A stretch of 15,860 nucleotides of DNA from an uncultured bacterium (GTDB lineage Bacteria; Zixibacteria; MSB-5A5; JAABVY01; JAHJOQ01). The translations under genes were made by a program, and so were the position numbers. A model generated the notes under the pieces. That model was not told the DNA's origin, made no database searches, and saw only the letters and a program-made list of their open reading frames with translations. Positions 8,592-15,813 of the stretch are shown here, one piece after another. The stretch's first letter is position 1, and each line of letters begins with the position of its first letter. The stretch covers positions 1 through 15,860 of the forward strand of contig CBDUQR010000055.1 of the NCBI GenBank assembly GCA_965369655.1, given 5' to 3'.

Positions 8592-10455
8592 TGCTGTTTA
8601 CCCTGAACTGCAGATTATACAATTTCTGATACAAACCGGACGAGGCAACCAGTTCGTCATGCGTACCTGTCTGTACGAGCTTGCCCTTATCCAATACGAG
8701 GATCTTATCTGCATGCAGAATGGTCGAGAGCCTGTGCGCGATCACCAGCACTGTCCGCCCGACCATCAGCCTGTCTATCGCTTCCTGCACAAGCTGCTCC
8801 GATTCCGTATCGAGCGCGGATGTCGCCTCATCGAAAATCAAAATCTCCGGGCTGCGCAGTATCGCGCGGGCGATCGCTATGCGCTGACGCTGTCCGCCTG
8901 ACAGCATAACGCCCCGGTTGCCGATAGGCGTAGCGTAGCCCTCGTCGAATGACGAGATGAATTCATCCGCGTTGGCAATCTTCGCCGCGCGCATGATGCC
9001 CTCTTCATCGACACCGTCCAGAGCATACGAGATATTCGCGCCGATTGTATCGTTGAACAGCATCGTCTCCTGTGTGACGATTCCGAACAGCGATCTCAGC
9101 GAGTTGATCTCGACATCGCGCAGGTCCATGCCGTCGACAGTGATACTCCCCGCAGTCGGGTCATAGAATCTCGGCAACAGATCGAGCAGCGTCGACTTGC
9201 CCGCGCCGGACGGTCCCACAACCGCAACTATCTCCCCTCGCTTCACCTCGAACGAAATGTCGTGCAGGACTTCAGTGCCCTCGTTGTACTCGAACGACAC
9301 ATGATCATATACGATGCGATCCGTCAGGTTCCTGACTTCAACCGCACCCGGCTTGCTCGCAACTGTAACAGCCGTATCGAGAATCTCGAATATGCGGTCC
9401 GCGGCTGCGAGCCCTTCCTGAACCTTGATGTGCAGATTCGACAGCGATTTCGCCGGTGCGATTATCGAAAACATCGCGAGAATGTACAACATGAAATCCT
9501 CGGGCTGCAGGAGCGATGCCCCGAGGACCTGACTGCCACCATACCAGAGAATCACAACACTGGCTGTCGTTCCGAGAAACTCATTGACCGGGTTCGACAG
9601 AAGCCGCAGGCGAGAAATCTTGAGCAAAGCCACGAAATACTTCTGAGTCATTGCCATGAACTTCGCAATCTCATATCGCGCCGCACCGAACGCCTTGACA
9701 ACACGCATGTTAGATACGTTTTCTTCAAGCACTGAATTAACATCGGCCATGCACGACTGCGCCCGCGCCGAGACTCTTCTGAGAGCACGCCCGATGATGT
9801 AGATGATGATGAAACTGATCGGCAGCACCACGATTGTGACGATAGTCAGTTTCCACGAGAGGATCACCATGAAGCTGATGTAGATCAGGATCAGGAGCGG
9901 CTCTCTGATGATGCGATTGAATCCCTGGTCGAGCGATTCTCGCAGGACATTGACATCGTTAGTCACACGCGACAGGAGTTCCCCGGTTCGGGCGCCATGG
10001 AAATAGCTAAGCGACAGCCGCTGGAACTGAATGAACAGCGAATCCCTGAGATTCTTGATAAACTTCTGCTCGACATACGTCATCAGGTAGCCCTGGAAAT
10101 AGAAAAAGAGCGCCTTTGTAACAGCAAGAATAACGACCACTATGCACAGGTTTTTCAATGTCACGAGCGATGACGAATCGAGAATCAGACTGTCGACTAA
10201 TCCCTGCAGCGACTCCTTGACGCCTGACACGAAATCAGTTATGCCGCTGACAACTTCGCTGGATGAGGAAGCAGGATCGATTGCCGAGGCATCGACTTCA
10301 TCTGCTCCTCCTATGAAGAGCGTTCGCAGCAACGGTCCGATCATCCAGATGAGCGCACCCGATAGCAACGCAAACATCACCATACAGAAAGCGGACAACG
10401 TCACATGCTTCCAGTACGGCTTGACCAGACCAATTACACGTCTGAGAGTTGGCAA
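8530..10455 (-). CDS. msbA: ABC transporter fused permease/ATPase, MsbA-like lipid A-core flippase
   Basis: N-terminal transmembrane domain, Walker A GPSGAGKST, signature LSGGQRQR, Walker B IFDEATSALD and H-loop IAHRLST. It lies next to LPS glycosyltransferases. The TTG start is preceded by GAGGA. Confidence 0.88.
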   Translation of the reverse strand: MPTLRRVIGLVKPYWKHVTLSAFCMVMFALLSGALIWMIGPLLRTLFIGGADEVDASAIDPASSSSEVVSGITDFVSGVKESLQGLVDSLILDSSSLVTLKNLCIVVVILAVTKALFFYFQGYLMTYVEQKFIKNLRDSLFIQFQRLSLSYFHGARTGELLSRVTNDVNVLRESLDQGFNRIIREPLLILIYISFMVILSWKLTIVTIVVLPISFIIIYIIGRALRRVSARAQSCMADVNSVLEENVSNMRVVKAFGAARYEIAKFMAMTQKYFVALLKISRLRLLSNPVNEFLGTTASVVILWYGGSQVLGASLLQPEDFMLYILAMFSIIAPAKSLSNLHIKVQEGLAAADRIFEILDTAVTVASKPGAVEVRNLTDRIVYDHVSFEYNEGTEVLHDISFEVKRGEIVAVVGPSGAGKSTLLDLLPRFYDPTAGSITVDGMDLRDVEINSLRSLFGIVTQETMLFNDTIGANISYALDGVDEEGIMRAAKIANADEFISSFDEGYATPIGNRGVMLSGGQRQRIAIARAILRSPEILIFDEATSALDTESEQLVQEAIDRLMVGRTVLVIAHRLSTILHADKILVLDKGKLVQTGTHDELVASSGLYQKLYNLQFRVNSNGIGSGKAHRPISEEHRDRL

Positions 10456-10524
10456 ATCATCCTCGCAGTCGGTTCAAAAACAAAAGCCAGGCATACAATT
10501 CACGCCTGACAATGAACAACAATA

Positions 10525-10553
10525 ATACTACGCCGTCCAGCAAGATTTGTCAA
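10525..10553 (-). promoter_or_regulatory. Sigma70-type promoter for the msbA-rel operon
   Basis: TTGACA (10553-10548), a 17-nt spacer and TAGTAT (10530-10525), about 70 nt upstream of msbA. Confidence 0.7.
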
Positions 10554-10609
10554 CTACAGCGGTGGCAGTTACATAATTGCGATGAGCGATAGCGACGGGC
10601 GGCGGTCAT

Positions 10610-10663
10610 GGATGTCGAAACTGCGCAGTGCGCACGGCGCAGGACTCAAGGGTTTCGACCTAC
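10610..10663 (-). repeat. 54-bp REP-like palindromic repeat, copy 1 (GTAG type)
   Basis: Minus strand: GTAG-GTCGAAAC...inner TGCGC/GCGCA hairpin...GTTTCGAC-ATCC. It is 45/54 identical, ungapped, to 12366-12419 (hand alignment). Confidence 0.85.
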
Positions 10664-11613
10664 TCGACTGCTCGGCTGATAGAGTCTGCCGAATTCGATC
10701 CATCAACCCATCTGTTGTGTGCAATCCACCTGGAGTCGAGTTGTCCGCCTGTGAGAATGTGGTTTACCACCGGCGACAGAAAACGGACTATGTCAGTCAA
10801 TACATCAGCGAATTCACTGGGACAATCAGCGATGCCGGTGCGTTTAATAAAGGCAACCCATTGCTTTGTCTTATCAGAATTCTTGAGCCGATCCAGAAAC
10901 GTATCGAGTTTCTCGGGGAGATCGGTTGATCTCGTTGTGAATGTCGATTCAATCGCCTGTTGCAGCGATTGTCCTTCAAAATCGAAATTCTGAGAGAGAT
11001 ACCAGATATCGTAGAAATCCTTCATACGACTATTGACCTCTCCAAGAGACACCATCGCTTCGAACTTCTCTGCAATTGTGCTCTCGATAGGATATGTGCG
11101 GAGTTTGAAGCGCGGGAAATCCAGCATGATTGGATAGTCGACTTCGCGCGGTTCGAGCACGATGCTGTCACCGAATCCAATATCAAGCTGCATTGGGATC
11201 TCAGCATTTCCCAGATAGCCTTTGAATCTCATTCGAACGCCACTGTACTCATCGTGATCGTCAATGACATTTCCGACAACGGTGTCGGCATCGAATTCAA
11301 CGCCGTCAGGTACTACATCTGTGGCACATATCTCTCTGACGATAGCTGCAACATCATCGACGTCATTGGGCATCTCTCCTTTCATATCGATATCCCTCGT
11401 TGGTCTTGTCCGAGGAGCTTTGACAGCGACGAGTGCAAGGGCACCTTTGAGAATGAATTTGGACCTATGCTCTGACACTGACAGGCGATACAGGAATCTC
11501 TCCATCGCGTAGTATTGGAGAAGTTCCTGGAAAGGTCGTGATTCATCGTGCGCCTTGTTCAGAAGCCTCTGGTGAACGGAAGCGGCAACATCTTTGAGCT
11601 TTCGCTCACTCAC
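10660..11613 (-). CDS. AbiEii/AbiGii family nucleotidyltransferase toxin (type IV TA)
   Basis: ERFLYRL, FILKGA...RPTRDID (pol-beta-like NTase), QLDIGFGD, IAEKFEA and SRMKDFYD. The GTG start overlaps the antitoxin stop (GTGA). Confidence 0.92.
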   Translation of the reverse strand: MSERKLKDVAASVHQRLLNKAHDESRPFQELLQYYAMERFLYRLSVSEHRSKFILKGALALVAVKAPRTRPTRDIDMKGEMPNDVDDVAAIVREICATDVVPDGVEFDADTVVGNVIDDHDEYSGVRMRFKGYLGNAEIPMQLDIGFGDSIVLEPREVDYPIMLDFPRFKLRTYPIESTIAEKFEAMVSLGEVNSRMKDFYDIWYLSQNFDFEGQSLQQAIESTFTTRSTDLPEKLDTFLDRLKNSDKTKQWVAFIKRTGIADCPSEFADVLTDIVRFLSPVVNHILTGGQLDSRWIAHNRWVDGSNSADSISRAVE

Positions 11614-12242
11614 AGAATTGCCTCCAGATAAGGCTTAATGATCTTCTCGACCCGGCAGATACGCGCATACTCAAGCAGCTTGTCTACTCTCACTTTTTTG
11701 CGTTCGCGATACATCTTCAGTGCCTCGATAGCGACATCAAGACCGATCTTGTTGCGATGCTTGAAACAGTCGGCGATGGTCTTCTCGGGAGAATATACTC
11801 TGATCTTGAAACCATCAACTTCCATTATCTCTTGTCCAGGTTCAAATACTTTCGAGACGAACCTGAAGGTTTTCGTAGGTGGATTCTTAATTGAGGGATC
11901 TCTCCTGTTGTATGAGAAATCGATGGCAATGTATACATAGTGAGGTATCTGTAGCGTCATGTTATGAAGCTGAAGCGCTGATATGAGACAAATCACACCT
12001 GTGGGTACTCTCTTGAGCACTGATAGAATATCTGGCGTATTCACAGGTTCAGCGGAAGTCAGGCGGTAGACTCCCCTGCTCAGAGCCTCAATTTCGCCTC
12101 GATCACGCATCTCATACAGAGTCCAGGCATTTATTCCAGCCTTTATAGCCTCTGACGTGCGCATGATTCCGCCGTGCTTGAGGAATATCGCTGTTGCTGC
12201 TTCAGCGGCTTTGCCGGATTTCGGTTTCTTTCTAAGCATCAT
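11610..12242 (-). CDS. AbiEi family antitoxin / winged-helix transcriptional regulator (type IV TA)
   Basis: N-terminal wHTH (GEIEALSRGVYRL), GVICLISALQLH, YSPEKTIADCFK and IGLDVAIEALK. The likely start is ATG 12242 or 12239, since the longer ORF runs through the promoter and repeat. Confidence 0.92.
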   Translation of the reverse strand: MMLRKKPKSGKAAEAATAIFLKHGGIMRTSEAIKAGINAWTLYEMRDRGEIEALSRGVYRLTSAEPVNTPDILSVLKRVPTGVICLISALQLHNMTLQIPHYVYIAIDFSYNRRDPSIKNPPTKTFRFVSKVFEPGQEIMEVDGFKIRVYSPEKTIADCFKHRNKIGLDVAIEALKMYRERKKVRVDKLLEYARICRVEKIIKPYLEAIL

Positions 12243-12287
12243 ACTCGTATCGCCTGCATCCCAGTTTCTATTTCTAATTTCGTCTAT

Positions 12288-12347
12288 ATTATACAGATTG
12301 TCTATATAAAAGTGCTGAAAATAATGAATATTTTTCAGTAATTTTAT
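12288..12347 (-). promoter_or_regulatory. Putative abiE promoter/operator: imperfect 16-bp inverted repeat plus TATAAT
   Basis: ATAAAAGTGCTGAAAA (12306-12321) and TTTTCAGTAATTTTAT (12332-12347) are complementary at 14/16 positions with a 10-nt spacer. Minus-strand TATAAT lies at 12293-12288. Confidence 0.6.
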
Positions 12348-12365
12348 TGAGCCAGCAAAGCTCAA

Positions 12366-12419
12366 GGATGTCGAAACCACGCCCTGCGCGCTGCGCAGGA
12401 CTCAGGGGTTTCGATTTAC
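12366..12419 (-). repeat. 54-bp REP-like palindromic repeat, copy 2 (GTAA variant)
   Basis: Minus strand: GTAA-ATCGAAACC...CCTGCGC/GCGCAGG...GGTTTCGAC-ATCC. Direct repeat of 10610-10663, starting 4 nt after the vsr stop. Confidence 0.85.
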
Positions 12420-12423
12420 TTGG

Positions 12424-12831
12424 CTATTTCTGTAGGAAGCGGGAAACCTTATTCAATGTTCTCTCGGAATCTCTCTTTAGGGTATGTTCCCATACGACCA
12501 TTACGCTCCAGCCCATTGAGCGAAGCTCTCTAATCTTCCTCTGGTCACGTTGTCGATTTGTGGCTATTTTTTCTCGCCAAAAGTCACTCGACAATCTATG
12601 CGACCATCTTGGGAATTGCCAACCATGCCAGAAATCGCTGTGTATGAACACAGCTATCCTATCTGAAGGTCTGGCAATGTCTGGCGTACCTGGTGCTCTT
12701 TTGTAGTGTCTCTGGAAGTAGATTCCCCTTTTTCTTAGATGTGCAAAAACCATGAGTTCGATTTTGCTGTTCTTCGGGCGAACTCGACTCATCAAAGAGC
12801 TACGCTGTTTCTTTGTAAGATGGTCAGCCAT
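12424..12831 (-). CDS. vsr: Very short patch repair endonuclease
   Basis: MADHLTKKQRSSLMSRV, PGTPDI, VFIHSDFWHG, FWREKIATNRQRD and GWSVMVVWEH. It is in an operon with a C5 methylase. Confidence 0.95.
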   Translation of the reverse strand: MADHLTKKQRSSLMSRVRPKNSKIELMVFAHLRKRGIYFQRHYKRAPGTPDIARPSDRIAVFIHSDFWHGWQFPRWSHRLSSDFWREKIATNRQRDQRKIRELRSMGWSVMVVWEHTLKRDSERTLNKVSRFLQK

Positions 12832-12851
12832 TCAGCATTAGAAAACAGTTG

Positions 12852-14513
12852 TCAGTGTTCGGATTCGTCCTTAGATAATAAAGCTTCTATTCTCGCCTTT
12901 ATGTTATCATACACAGCAGTCAACTTTTTTTTTGCTTCTGTGGTCAATCTGGCGGTGTGCATTAGAGCATCTCTAATGGGTTTGTATTGCTTAGCATCAC
13001 TAGGTAGACAATTGTGGCTACCCCTCTGCTTATCCACTAAGTTAGCTAGACCCGGCATATCCAAGTAACTAGTGTCGTCGTCATTTTGCCTTATATCGAT
13101 ATTCACATTGCCGCTCATCTTATTGTTACTCTCTCGTTCTTTCCACATCTGAATTTGACTTTGTGCCTTGTGTGAAAGATCGATCGATTGTTCATGAATG
13201 TAACTTCTAATCAGATTCTCCGAAAGAAAACATTCCGCATATGAAACAAAATTGAATGCAGCATCTTCACTCAAGTCATCAACCCATACGTCGACTCTTG
13301 CCTTAGATTCAGAACCTTCAGGAAATTCATACTCCTCTGATACAGCATTGTATAATTCTTCGGATTTTCTTCGTTTCTTTGATATACTCTCATTATCAAC
13401 ATCTCCGTCTTTCTTATGCTTTCTTCGCAGAACATCCCATTGGTCCAAAACAATTCGCATTACATTCTGTCTAAACGTTTCCAAGAATTCCCTAAACTTG
13501 GGGTCATTTGAAACAATACTTTCCCGGCTGCTAGTAAATCTATCTGTATTATCATCTAATTCATCAAAATGTACTTGCCCATAAAGATAACTCTCGACGA
13601 GTCGAGCACTGGGTATATGCTTAAGAATATCCCTTTCCCTCAACCTACCGTTCACGAAAAGATCGACTCCCACTTTCTCATCGGTCGTAAGAATTTTGAG
13701 GTGACTTGGTTTTTCTACAGAAGCAATGAATCCGGTAATGGCATAATTCACATCTAATAAACTGATTTCTTCCTTAAGATTCGTGAGCTTTTCGTCAACG
13801 TATGGATCTTCTAAGTCATTAATTTTCCAGGCAAATTCGGTCTTGTCTGCAAGTTCGTTTAGATGGTCAAGTGTGATCTGTTCATCGTTGATGAATATAT
13901 TGAAAGAACTATCTAATAGAGAGAACCTGAAATACAGGGCAACGGTTTTTGTCAAGTAATCTAGTGTATTTCTAATCCCATCTTTCATGTTTTCAAAGTG
14001 GATAATCGTGCCGCGATCATGGTGTTTCGTGTATCGCTTGAAATTCGTTTCTTGCCATGTCCCTAATGAATACTCGCCTGGAGTTAAATCATCATTTATC
14101 GCTTGATCCAAACCAGAGTTGTCGATTACACCACCAACGTAATTACCGTGTTCTATTTTTGTTATTACAGTGATTTTGTCTGCGCAAGATAGCAATGCTA
14201 GTTTACCAATTCCCTTTCTACCAATGAACGGTCTCCCTTTTTCTGAAGTCACCACTCCGTCTCTTCGCTTTGAATACCCAATTTTCAGGAATTTGTTTTG
14301 GAAATCGCCATCTGACATCCCTATACCGTCATCCTTTATGATGAAACAATGCTCTTCTCTATCAACATAAATCCACACGTTGTCTGCATCAGCATCCCAG
14401 GCATTGGAGATCGCTTCTCCAAGTACGGTTACAAAGCTTCTGTACAGATTTCTTCCCAAGTGGTTGAGAACACTTAGAGATATTTCGAATGTGAACCTGT
14501 TATTGTTTGCCAT
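12852..14513 (-). CDS. GHKL (MORC/MutL/Hsp90-like) ATPase with a putative C-terminal HEPN domain
   Basis: HLGRNLY, N-box EAISNAWDA, G1 DDGIGM, G2 GRKGIG, G3 RGT, and a following S5-like region (LFVNGRL, LYGQVHFD, TSSRE). The C-terminal helical region has SENLIR and IRDALMH. Confidence 0.9.
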   Translation of the reverse strand: MANNNRFTFEISLSVLNHLGRNLYRSFVTVLGEAISNAWDADADNVWIYVDREEHCFIIKDDGIGMSDGDFQNKFLKIGYSKRRDGVVTSEKGRPFIGRKGIGKLALLSCADKITVITKIEHGNYVGGVIDNSGLDQAINDDLTPGEYSLGTWQETNFKRYTKHHDRGTIIHFENMKDGIRNTLDYLTKTVALYFRFSLLDSSFNIFINDEQITLDHLNELADKTEFAWKINDLEDPYVDEKLTNLKEEISLLDVNYAITGFIASVEKPSHLKILTTDEKVGVDLFVNGRLRERDILKHIPSARLVESYLYGQVHFDELDDNTDRFTSSRESIVSNDPKFREFLETFRQNVMRIVLDQWDVLRRKHKKDGDVDNESISKKRRKSEELYNAVSEEYEFPEGSESKARVDVWVDDLSEDAAFNFVSYAECFLSENLIRSYIHEQSIDLSHKAQSQIQMWKERESNNKMSGNVNIDIRQNDDDTSYLDMPGLANLVDKQRGSHNCLPSDAKQYKPIRDALMHTARLTTEAKKKLTAVYDNIKARIEALLSKDESEH

Positions 14514-15570
14514 AGGTTCTCACATGTTTCTTAATACTTCGCCCAATAATAACTCCCAATCGAACAGGAACGGCGTTGCCAATGAACTTGGCGATATGAG
14601 ACGTGATAATTGGGTTCTTCGGTTCTACAAATCTATAGCTTTTCGGAAATGTCTGGAGTAATGCGGCTTCACGTAGACTTATCGCTCTATTCTGTTCGGG
14701 ATGTCCGAATCGTCCGTTTCCAAGACCAACACATTGTGTTGTCATTGTAGGGGCTGGATCATCCCATCTCATCCGTCCATAAACAGAGTATCTATATGAC
14801 TTGCCAGACTCCTTCTTATGACATTTCAATCTGAGATTCTTATCCCAACTACTGGAGCTTCCTCCATTATGAGGAGTGGACTTTATTCTCTTCAGGTTTG
14901 TTGGATTTAGCTTGCTCGCTCTATGAAGGGTATCTCTATCACATACTTCTCCATCTCTTATCGGTGTCAATCCTTTTATGACATCTCTGACTGTTACCTT
15001 TTTATTCTTGTGCGTATTTTTTACAAGTTCGATTTCGCCTAACCTTGATGCGAGCAATACTAATCGTTTCCGACTCTGGGGTACTCCATAATCAGAAGCA
15101 TCGACAATCTCATACTTGTATTTGTAATTACATCGTTCAAGCGTTTCTATAAAAGTCCTAAAAATGGGGTACTTCTTCATGTCAGCAAGCCCGCCGACAT
15201 TTTCCATTGAAATAATATCTGGCATTGTCTCTTCTATTAGTTGAGCGAATTTCTCCAAAGGTTCCAATTGTTGCTTCGTTATTCTCCCTATACTCAATCT
15301 TGAAAAGGGCTGACATGGTGCACAACCGGCTAATACTCTAATTGTCTTTTTCTTGTTTCCAAATAATCTGTTGATATCTTCTGCTGTTACTTGGAGAATA
15401 TCCTCGTGAATGAACAGGGTCCTGTTGTTGTATTCATATCCATATTTGCAGGTATTATCATTATCTATTCCAGCTACGACATCAAGTCCTTCTTTAATGA
15501 AACCATGAGTAAGCCCCCCAATGCCGCAGAATAAATCAATGACTTTGATATTTAATGTGGTTTCTCTCAA
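14500..15570 (-). CDS. DNA (cytosine-5)-methyltransferase
   Basis: Motif I DLFCGIGG, IV GCAPCQPFS, VI MENV, VIII YGVPQSRKR, IX RAISLREAALLQTFP and X IGNAVP. The TTG start has AGGAG 8 nt upstream, and the gene overlaps the ATPase start. Confidence 0.96.
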   Translation of the reverse strand: MRETTLNIKVIDLFCGIGGLTHGFIKEGLDVVAGIDNDNTCKYGYEYNNRTLFIHEDILQVTAEDINRLFGNKKKTIRVLAGCAPCQPFSRLSIGRITKQQLEPLEKFAQLIEETMPDIISMENVGGLADMKKYPIFRTFIETLERCNYKYKYEIVDASDYGVPQSRKRLVLLASRLGEIELVKNTHKNKKVTVRDVIKGLTPIRDGEVCDRDTLHRASKLNPTNLKRIKSTPHNGGSSSSWDKNLRLKCHKKESGKSYRYSVYGRMRWDDPAPTMTTQCVGLGNGRFGHPEQNRAISLREAALLQTFPKSYRFVEPKNPIITSHIAKFIGNAVPVRLGVIIGRSIKKHVRTYGKQ

Positions 15571-15575
15571 GCCAT

Positions 15576-15604
15576 ATTCTCCTGCCCCACTTGGCTATTG
15601 TCAA
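15576..15604 (-). promoter_or_regulatory. Candidate sigma70 promoter for the methylase operon
   Basis: TTGACA (15604-15599), a 17-nt spacer and GAGAAT (15581-15576). The -10 is imperfect and overlaps the putative RBS. Confidence 0.45.
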
Positions 15605-15647
15605 AGGACACATTCTTAGCATAGGAAAACAGTGGGTTCCGAGCAAC

Positions 15648-15677
15648 AAAAAAACGGCGTTCTTACGAACGCCGTTT
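15648..15677 (-). terminator. Rho-independent terminator ending the 16S rRNA transcript
   Basis: Minus strand AAACGGCGTTC-GTAA-GAACGCCGTTTTTTT: a perfect stem, a GNRA loop and a 7-U tail. Confidence 0.9.
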
Positions 15678-15813
15678 CTATGTCAAATAGCATTGGATTT
15701 CTTCGAGATCGACTTCGACTATGATCTGAATGGCTTGTATGCTTTCGCGACCGAAGTCGTGAGGCACGATATAATCGCGATCGCACCATTCAGATGCACA
15801 CCGTGCTCCTTAG

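Noticed and set aside
12243-12380. 46-aa N-terminal extension of the AbiEi antitoxin
   Set aside because: It starts inside the REP-like repeat and runs through the AT-rich operator and promoter. AbiEi-like sequence begins only after Met47/48.
10610-12419. Repeats as integron attC sites or a CRISPR array
   Set aside because: They lack RYYYAAC/GTTRRRY ends and there is no integrase. There are only two copies ~1.7 kb apart, with no spacer periodicity and no cas genes.
973-14661. Many plus-strand and alternative-frame ORFs (e.g. 1691-2302, 5456-5992, 8019-8606, 10960-11475)
   Set aside because: They are shadow ORFs overlapping well-supported minus-strand genes and have no recognisable protein motifs.
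12424-15570. DISARM, BREX or a classical type II R-M system with a separate endonuclease
   Set aside because: There are no helicase, PLD, PglZ or stand-alone restriction endonuclease genes in the island. Vsr is a mismatch-repair nickase, not the restriction enzyme.
15678-15813. tRNA gene in the 16S trailer
   Set aside because: There is no GTTCRA T-loop or cloverleaf with the correct arm spacing.
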